Origin: Bacteroidota bacterium
GTDB taxonomy: Bacteria; Bacteroidota; Bacteroidia; Bacteroidales; VadinHA17
Direction of reading: 5' to 3'
Assembly: GCA_029547705.1 (NCBI GenBank)
Contig: JAKPOU010000042.1
Location: forward strand, 25,271-89,270
Length of the DNA stretch: 64,000 nucleotides
Every line of letters starts with the position of its first letter. The stretch's first letter is position 1. The notes beneath the pieces were generated by a model. The model was not told where the DNA came from. It saw only the letters and a list, made by a program, of their open reading frames with translations, and did not search any database. Shown in pieces: positions 58,689 through 64,000 of the stretch. Position numbers and translations under genes: made by a program.

Positions 58689-58711
58689 TATCTTTGTGAA
58701 AAATTTAACAA
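58689..58711 (+). promoter_or_regulatory. TAnnTTTG -7 box (tatctttg, 58689-58696) overlapped by an imperfect palindrome TTGTGAA-AAAT-TTAACAA (58694-58711)
   Basis: Located 11-33 nt upstream of the first cytochrome-locus ATG. The palindrome has one mismatch to TGTGA-N6-TCACA (CRP-type) and one to TTGTGAA-N4-TTCACAA (Rex-type). Confidence 0.35.
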
Positions 58712-58721
58712 TCATTTTTAA

Positions 58722-59102
58722 ATGGAATCTGGAAATATGCGGAGAATTCTCGGAGCATTGCTTTTTGTTTTGCTGACAGGCATAATCATTATATCATCAT
58801 GTGAACGGCATACCTTTCTGGTAGAAACAGTTGATCCCGTCGATTCTGTTTATTTCGGGGCGGTGATTCAGCCTCTTCTTGAAAAAAAATGTTCAGCCTG
58901 TCATGGCGGGTCAAAGGATCCTGACCTTAGGGCAGACAAATCCTACGAATCTCTGGTAACGGGGGGGTATGTCACGCTTCCCGCCGAGGAGAGCAGGCTG
59001 TACCGCAAGGTTGTTTCCAGCGGTCATTCTGCCTATACCCTGCCCGAGGAAAAACTGAAGATACTGTACTGGATCGCCCAGGGAGCAAAGAACAATAAAT
59101 AG
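58722..59102 (+). CDS. Monohaem c-type cytochrome lipoprotein (PSCyt1-like domain)
   Basis: Lipobox IISSC and a single CSACH. Also contains FGAVIQPLLEKKCSACHGG..LVTGGYV..LYWIAQGA. The start may be M6 at 58737. Confidence 0.7.
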   Translation: MESGNMRRILGALLFVLLTGIIIISSCERHTFLVETVDPVDSVYFGAVIQPLLEKKCSACHGGSKDPDLRADKSYESLVTGGYVTLPAEESRLYRKVVSSGHSAYTLPEEKLKILYWIAQGAKNNK

Positions 59103-59113
59103 TAGAAACCATA

Positions 59114-59992
59114 ATGAAACCCGATCAAATGAAAAGAACCATATCAATTCCGGTGTTGTTTTTGTTTATGGCCTCCCTCTTTGCACAGGAAGAGGGTCAG
59201 CCTGCCGCGGAATCCAAACCCGTAAGATTTATTTTTGAAACAGGCCTGCTTATAGATAACCAGACTATTGCCACTCCCTTCAAGGGGGGGCTTGAATTTG
59301 AAATTCATCACAGGTTCAGCCTTATAGAGAACATTCATAATCTGTTCGGCATTTATGGTGCCGCAAATACAAGGCTGGGGCTCAATTATGGAATTTCTGA
59401 CAGGCTGATGGCCGGAATTGGTACCACCAAGGATTACAAACTGCAGGATTTCCAGTGGAAATACCTGGTACTGCGTCAGACAGAAGATGACAAGATGCCG
59501 GTATCGCTTTCCTATTACGGGAACATGGTTCTGGATCTGCGGGAAGATGCCGCTTTCGGTCCGGAAGCATCCTACAGGCATATACACAGGCTTTCATATT
59601 TTACCCAGTTCATTGTTGCCCGCAAAATGAGCGAAAAGATTTCGCTGCAGATAGCACCTTCCGTCATTTATTTCAATTCCGTCCCGAGATACAGCGATAC
59701 CGAAGGCTATAAAAATTTCAACCTGGGACTGTCAGCCGGCGGAAGGGTGAATTTTTTCGGAAGCCATTCACTTCTTTTTGAATATGATCAGCTTCTGACA
59801 AAGCAGGACCTTGATGTTCAGCCCAGGCCCAATCTTTCACTGGGCTGGGAAATCGGAACGGCAACCCATTGCTTCCAGTTGTTTGTGGCGAATTATTCCC
59901 AGATAATCAATCAGAGAAATCTCGTGTTCAACCAGAATGATTTTGCAGGCGGTGAATATCTTGTCGGATTCAACATTACAGTAAGACTTTAA
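59114..59992 (+). CDS. Small outer-membrane beta-barrel protein (DUF5777-like)
   Basis: Signal peptide ..MASLFAQ. Contains GGLEFEIHHRF and GLNYGISDRLMAGIG, with alternating strands and a C-terminal ..LVGFNITVRL. The DUF assignment is from memory. It begins 11 nt after the previous gene. Confidence 0.55.
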   Translation: MKPDQMKRTISIPVLFLFMASLFAQEEGQPAAESKPVRFIFETGLLIDNQTIATPFKGGLEFEIHHRFSLIENIHNLFGIYGAANTRLGLNYGISDRLMAGIGTTKDYKLQDFQWKYLVLRQTEDDKMPVSLSYYGNMVLDLREDAAFGPEASYRHIHRLSYFTQFIVARKMSEKISLQIAPSVIYFNSVPRYSDTEGYKNFNLGLSAGGRVNFFGSHSLLFEYDQLLTKQDLDVQPRPNLSLGWEIGTATHCFQLFVANYSQIINQRNLVFNQNDFAGGEYLVGFNITVRL

Positions 59993-60003
59993 TACTTCTC
60001 AGG

Positions 60004-61005
60004 ATGAAAATGCTCTTTGCCGGTGTGTTAGTTGCTGCAGCCTTCGGTTTTTATACTGAAGCCCGGGCCCTGTCCGGAAGAGCTGATTCAGACCCTGGCA
60101 CCGCGGATACACTCGCTTTTGTATCTCCTTTCATGGAAGATAATGAAAGATGTTTCAAATGCCACGGTCAGGGTAAGTACGAATATGAAAATGAACTGCT
60201 TGGCACGACGGTGAAAGCCCTGATGTGTCCGGACCGGATAATCAGGCGTGAGGATTTCTATATTTCCAATCACAGGAGTTTCAGCTGTACCGACTGTCAT
60301 TCCAGTGATTATGTTGTTTTCCCTCATCCGGGAGAGTTGAGGATGGAACTTAAGTTCAACTGCCTTGATTGCCACGGCGGTGACGAGACCTATTCCATTT
60401 TCAGTTTTGAGATGATAGAGGAAGATTACATGGAAAGTGTGCACTATAAACTTGAGGATGAGGGCTTCAGCTGCTGGAAATGCCATGATCCCCATACATA
60501 CAGGATCAGTATGAGGGACAGCAAGAACCTGAAGGAGACGATTCTTTATGACAATAACATCTGTCTTTACTGCCATTCAGACTATACCCGTTTCCAGATC
60601 CTTTCCGACCGCGAAGAAGTGAATTTCCTGAAAACTCATGACTGGCTTCCGAATCAGGCTTCTCATTTCAGAAGCGTAAGATGTATAGAATGCCATACAC
60701 AGATAAGCGACAGCATACTCGTTTCACACCTGGTTCTTCCCAAGGACAGGGCAGTAAAGCTGTGCAATGAATGCCACTCGAAAAACTCATTGCTGATGGC
60801 ATCGCTTTACAAGTTCCAGTCAATGGAGCAGCGAAGGGGCGGATTCCTCAACGGCATAATAATGAATGAATCCTATGTTATAGGCGCAAACCGCAATGCC
60901 TATCTCGGAACTCTCAGTCTGGCCATCTTCGGTGTTGTGATTCTGGCTATTGTTATACACGTGATATTCAGGATAAAAACCAAAGCAAACTTAAAAAAGG
61001 GCTAA
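60004..61005 (+). CDS. Heptahaem c-type cytochrome with a C-terminal membrane anchor
   Basis: Seven CxxCH motifs: CFKCH, CTDCH, CLDCH, CWKCH, CLYCH, CIECH and CNECH. It has an N-terminal signal peptide and a C-terminal TM helix LGTLSLAIFGVVILAIVIHVIF. Confidence 0.85.
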   Translation: MKMLFAGVLVAAAFGFYTEARALSGRADSDPGTADTLAFVSPFMEDNERCFKCHGQGKYEYENELLGTTVKALMCPDRIIRREDFYISNHRSFSCTDCHSSDYVVFPHPGELRMELKFNCLDCHGGDETYSIFSFEMIEEDYMESVHYKLEDEGFSCWKCHDPHTYRISMRDSKNLKETILYDNNICLYCHSDYTRFQILSDREEVNFLKTHDWLPNQASHFRSVRCIECHTQISDSILVSHLVLPKDRAVKLCNECHSKNSLLMASLYKFQSMEQRRGGFLNGIIMNESYVIGANRNAYLGTLSLAIFGVVILAIVIHVIFRIKTKANLKKG

Positions 61006-61006
61006 A

Positions 61007-61651
61007 ATGTACTTGTATCCGCTGGGGATAAGATTATGGCATGCCTTGAACGCAATTCTGATAATCATTCTGATTATTACAGGCATCAGCATGCAGTATA
61101 CCGACAAGGGCAACCTGGTGTTCATCATTGATTTTGCAGCTGCCGTAAAATGGCATAATATAACCGCCATAATACTTGTAATAAGCTATATTTTCTTTCT
61201 GATACTGAACATTGTTTCAGGAAATGCAAAGTACTACAGGATAAACCGGAATAATTTGTTTTCAGATCTCGGAAAACAGTTCAGATACTATGTTTCAGGA
61301 ATGTTCAAAGGGGAAAAGCATCCCTTTCCCGTCAGCATGGAAAGCAAATTCAATCCCCTTCAGAAACTCACTTACGTTCTGATAATGTATGCGGGGCTTC
61401 CTCTTATAATAATCTCGGGTTTCGGCATGATGTTCCCGGAAATAACCATAGTGAAACTTTTCGGTGTAAGCGGATTCATACTGACTGATATTTTACATAT
61501 AACAATGGCATTCCTGGTGACGGTTTTCCTGGTCATACACATTTATACCTGCACCCTTGGGACAAAGCCGACCTCGCTTTTCAGGGGGATGATTACAGGA
61601 TACCATGAACCGGAAGAAGAATCACCGGAAGAAGTATCACCGGAAAAGTAA
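61007..61651 (+). CDS. Membrane cytochrome b (PhsC/FdnI/HydC-type, Ni/Fe-hydrogenase b-type cytochrome fold)
   Basis: Starts 1 nt after the heptahaem gene. TM helices carry candidate haem ligands: His in LWHALN, KWHNIT and the pair DILHITMAFLVTVFLVIHIY (14 residues apart). Confidence 0.75.
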   Translation: MYLYPLGIRLWHALNAILIIILIITGISMQYTDKGNLVFIIDFAAAVKWHNITAIILVISYIFFLILNIVSGNAKYYRINRNNLFSDLGKQFRYYVSGMFKGEKHPFPVSMESKFNPLQKLTYVLIMYAGLPLIIISGFGMMFPEITIVKLFGVSGFILTDILHITMAFLVTVFLVIHIYTCTLGTKPTSLFRGMITGYHEPEEESPEEVSPEK

Positions 61652-61792
61652 ACGTAAGGGGAATTATTGGAAGAAAGATTTTCGGATAAGGAAGCAGAAG
61701 AGGGAATAAAAGGCAGAGGGATCAGCGGAGGGTGAACAGATAGAAAAAATTGCATGAAATTTGTATTATTAACGGAAAATTAAATTTATACC

Positions 61793-62212
61793 ATGAAAAA
61801 AAACAGAACCATTTTAGCAGCAACAGCACTTTTTGTTACGGGCATAATGCTCATTTCGTTGAATCTGAATGCCCAGGAGAGGCAGGCGAAGCCATGGCCG
61901 GTGCCTGACGAATACAAGAACATGAAGAATCCCGTTGCAGCCGATGCAGCCAGTATAAAGACAGGAGGAGTCCTTTACACGAAGTTCTGTGCATCCTGTC
62001 ACGGCAAAACCGGGCTGGGTGACGGAGTAAAGGCAAGGGCCCTGAAGGATTTTGCAGGGGATTTCTCCGGTGAATACTATCAGAATCAGACCGACGGGGA
62101 GCATTTTTACAAGACAAAGGCCGGAAGAGGCGAGATGCCCAAGTATGAGGGGAAAATGTCGGATGAGGATATCTGGCATGTGGTAAACTACATGCGGACC
62201 TTCAAGAAATAA
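61793..62212 (+). CDS. Class I monohaem cytochrome c
   Basis: Signal/anchor helix, CASCHGKTGLGDG and a distal Met in GRGEMPKY. Confidence 0.85.
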   Translation: MKKNRTILAATALFVTGIMLISLNLNAQERQAKPWPVPDEYKNMKNPVAADAASIKTGGVLYTKFCASCHGKTGLGDGVKARALKDFAGDFSGEYYQNQTDGEHFYKTKAGRGEMPKYEGKMSDEDIWHVVNYMRTFKK

Positions 62213-62261
62213 ACGGATAGTTCATCCGGATCGCTGATAAAAGAGTTATTGATAAAAAACG

Positions 62262-62287
62262 AGGCTGTCTCAGTAATGGGACAGCCT
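62262..62287. terminator. Hairpin between the convergent cytochrome genes
   Basis: aggctgtc (62262-62269) pairs with gacagcct (62280-62287) across a 10-nt loop. It is flanked by an A-run upstream and a T-rich stretch downstream, so it could act bidirectionally. Confidence 0.5.
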
Positions 62288-62327
62288 TTCGTCATCTTGT
62301 TTACTATATGGTGACGACCAGGTTTCG

Positions 62328-63521
62328 TCAGAATACAGCGATCGTATTATCCAGCAGTTTCTTTATATAGGGGTAATTATGTACACCCATGCTTGCATCC
62401 CTGTAGATCAGCTGGTAGTTGATTATAGCACCGAACTGTGCGTTTGTGAGTTCCGGGAAAGGCTGTGACAGCTGTCCGGGATTATTCCAGTAGCCTGTCG
62501 GATTCGCCCCTGCATCATAAATATCTATATAACCGTGATAGTTACCGTCTGAGGGATCTTTCTGCAGAATATCATGTCCGTTACCGATTGCATTGATTTT
62601 GGATGCAAGTTCCTTCAGTTTTGTGGATACATAATTCCTGGTTTCTGTAAGTAAGGGATTTGTGGCACTCATTCCGGAATGGCAGTTTGTTGTATTGCAG
62701 CCGTTGTAATTGCCTGCCGGATTGAAAGAGTGACCTCCGGCCTGGCCTGTGGGTGAAGCCATGTGGCATGATGTGCAGGAAGCCTTTGTCACATGTTCAG
62801 AGTTTGAGTATCCTGATCCGAATTCGATTCCCCCGACTCCTGCAGCCATGGCGCCATGTGTTCCGTAATGCACGCCTGTCCTGTAGCTGACAGGTGACAT
62901 ATCATATTTTGCGGCCGGTTCCGTGGTCAGGCGGGCGTAATCGATGAGGGCACCGTTTGAAGATGTTACAGGCATGGGCTGGTGGCATTTAGCACAAAGA
63001 TTTCCCGAACTCTTCTGGAAGTTGATCGTTTTTGCCCCGCCCCACATCGTCATAGGCACCGCTGCCGTTGTTGAAAGGGGAAAAAACTCGGTGGCACTGT
63101 ACCCTGTGTGAAGGGAACTGTGACAGGTGAAGCAGTTTATGCTTCCGGGAAATGATAAGGCGGATGCACTTGCCGCATAGTTGTTCACGTATCTCGACGG
63201 ATTCGAGGGATTCGGGGTAATCGTGGCAGGAGTGTTTTTGCTGATCACATCCAGAAAACCCTTGTGGGTATGGCAGGGAATACAGCCTGCCATGGTGGCA
63301 TGATCATGAGCAGTTCCCCTGAAATGCTGTGAATATCCGTATTCAAGGCTTTTTGCCAGTACCACATTGCTGTTGTGACATGACTTGCAGGTTTCATTGA
63401 TATCCTTTCCGTCGGCCCCGTCCTTGCCATCAGCACCCGTAGGCCCCATCGGTCCTTCACATGAGGCCAGAATCAACCCCGCCATGCTTATTAAAAATAA
63501 AAAACGCTTCGCCTTGTTCAT
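62328..63521 (-). CDS. Multihaem c-type cytochrome lipoprotein with a collagen-like Gly-X-Y N-terminal linker
   Basis: Lipobox LILASC. Six Gly-X-Y triplets follow (GPMGPTGADGKDGADGKD). Five CxxCH motifs (CKSCH, CIPCH, CFTCH, CAKCH, CTSCH) plus one CX4CH (CNTTNCH, 62679-62699). Confidence 0.85.
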   Translation of the reverse strand: MNKAKRFLFLISMAGLILASCEGPMGPTGADGKDGADGKDINETCKSCHNSNVVLAKSLEYGYSQHFRGTAHDHATMAGCIPCHTHKGFLDVISKNTPATITPNPSNPSRYVNNYAASASALSFPGSINCFTCHSSLHTGYSATEFFPLSTTAAVPMTMWGGAKTINFQKSSGNLCAKCHQPMPVTSSNGALIDYARLTTEPAAKYDMSPVSYRTGVHYGTHGAMAAGVGGIEFGSGYSNSEHVTKASCTSCHMASPTGQAGGHSFNPAGNYNGCNTTNCHSGMSATNPLLTETRNYVSTKLKELASKINAIGNGHDILQKDPSDGNYHGYIDIYDAGANPTGYWNNPGQLSQPFPELTNAQFGAIINYQLIYRDASMGVHNYPYIKKLLDNTIAVF

Positions 63522-63729
63522 AATCCTTTCCTTTATATGGTTTTTAATGCGGATGCAATCTACGAAAACACAGTGTTATCTTTTCAGGGCTTCCTATGCT
63601 ATTTACAATAGAGATCAATGATAGATTATATCCGCACCGCTGATTTATGTCAATAAATATATTGATATTTGCCGGAATAACGAACTGATTCCGGTATGTA
63701 ATTATTCCGGTACTGTTAATTTGATCAGA

Positions 63730-64000
63730 ATGAGCGGAAACATTTCAGCAAGCACATGCAGCGGCAGCCTGACGGAATGGAAGAACTTCAGGACCCTCAG
63801 TCCCGGTGAACTTGATTATGTCGGTCAGAACAGGTTTGAAGCAGTCTACAAGCGCGGGGAAATAGTGATCAAGCAGGGTGCTCCCGCTTCCAATGCCCTG
63901 TTTCTTGTTTCAGGGCTTGCCAAGACATACATGGAAGGCCCGGGCGGGAAAAACTTCATAATAAGCATTGACAAGCCCGGGGTAATGCTCACCGGCCAGG
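63730..64000 (+). CDS. Crp/Fnr-family transcriptional regulator, N-terminal cNMP-binding-like domain (runs off the window edge)
   Basis: Not in the ORF track because it is open-ended. The ATG at 63730 gives MSGNISASTCSGSLTEWKNFRTLSPGELDYVGQNRFEAVYKRGEIVIKQGAPASNALFLVSGLAKTYMEGPGGKNFIISIDKPGVMLTGQ. Confidence 0.75.
   Translation, partial: MSGNISASTCSGSLTEWKNFRTLSPGELDYVGQNRFEAVYKRGEIVIKQGAPASNALFLVSGLAKTYMEGPGGKNFIISIDKPGVMLTGQ

Noticed and set aside
63730-64000. An oxygen-sensing FNR proper, with an N-terminal [4Fe-4S] Cys cluster, regulating the cytochrome locus.
   Set aside because: The visible N-terminal 90 residues contain a single Cys (STCSG), not the Cx2-3Cx2-5C cluster of FNR-type sensors. 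Only the generic Crp/Fnr family call is supported.
1-64000. tRNA, rRNA, tmRNA, RNase P RNA or riboswitch genes.
   Set aside because: I found no T-loop/acceptor-like GTTCGAATC-type motifs in cloverleaf context and no rRNA-like conserved blocks. I recognised no riboswitch cores in the longer leaders (mgtC, etfB, susC). This was a visual scan only, and a covariance-model search could still find small RNAs.

Overview
This window reads as a chromosomal segment of a Bacteroidota genome. The lineage markers are a SusC/SusD pair, T9SS C-terminal sorting domains, a PorQ-like barrel, FISUMP-domain proteins and TAnnTTTG-type promoter boxes. I support about 58 coding regions, and I recognised no rRNA, tRNA or CRISPR array. 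All product calls come from reading motifs in the supplied translations; no database search was run.

Layout:
- 1-2.2 kb: NfeD/SPFH pair and a PQQ sugar dehydrogenase.
- 2.3-12.9 kb: a decayed accessory stretch. It holds a MntA/HepT toxin-antitoxin pair with a frameshifted toxin, an IS1380-family transposase remnant, FISUMP gene debris present as a 226-bp duplicate, a T9SS cargo gene split at an A7 run, and four orphan lipoproteins.
- 13.5-21 kb: a visibly AT-richer SusC/SusD locus whose only enzymes are two DUF1343/NamZ-type paralogs.
- 21.3-24.9 kb: MgtC and two tandem lipoprotein serpins.
- 24.9-31.7 kb: an ECF sigma factor with an anti-sigma/beta-barrel fusion, a YeiH-family transporter and a porin.
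- 31.7-36 kb: a CoA/flavin redox group (CoADR-like reductase, OYE, type II pantothenate kinase, cupin, BFD-like 2Fe-2S protein).
- 36.9-40.4 kb: a GT2/deacetylase/GT-C envelope-glycosylation cassette.
- 40.5-52.2 kb: cold-shock-domain protein, ABC transporters, CDF transporter, DUF362 protein, IspH, Cmk, PorQ-like barrel and an EamA transporter.
- 52.6-58.4 kb: EtfBA, a membrane Fe-S oxidoreductase and an acyl-CoA dehydrogenase.
- 58.7-63.5 kb: a compact multihaem cytochrome c / cytochrome b / beta-barrel locus, followed by a Crp/Fnr-family regulator.

The cytochrome locus is my top candidate for an undescribed system. It looks like a quinol-to-envelope electron conduit.
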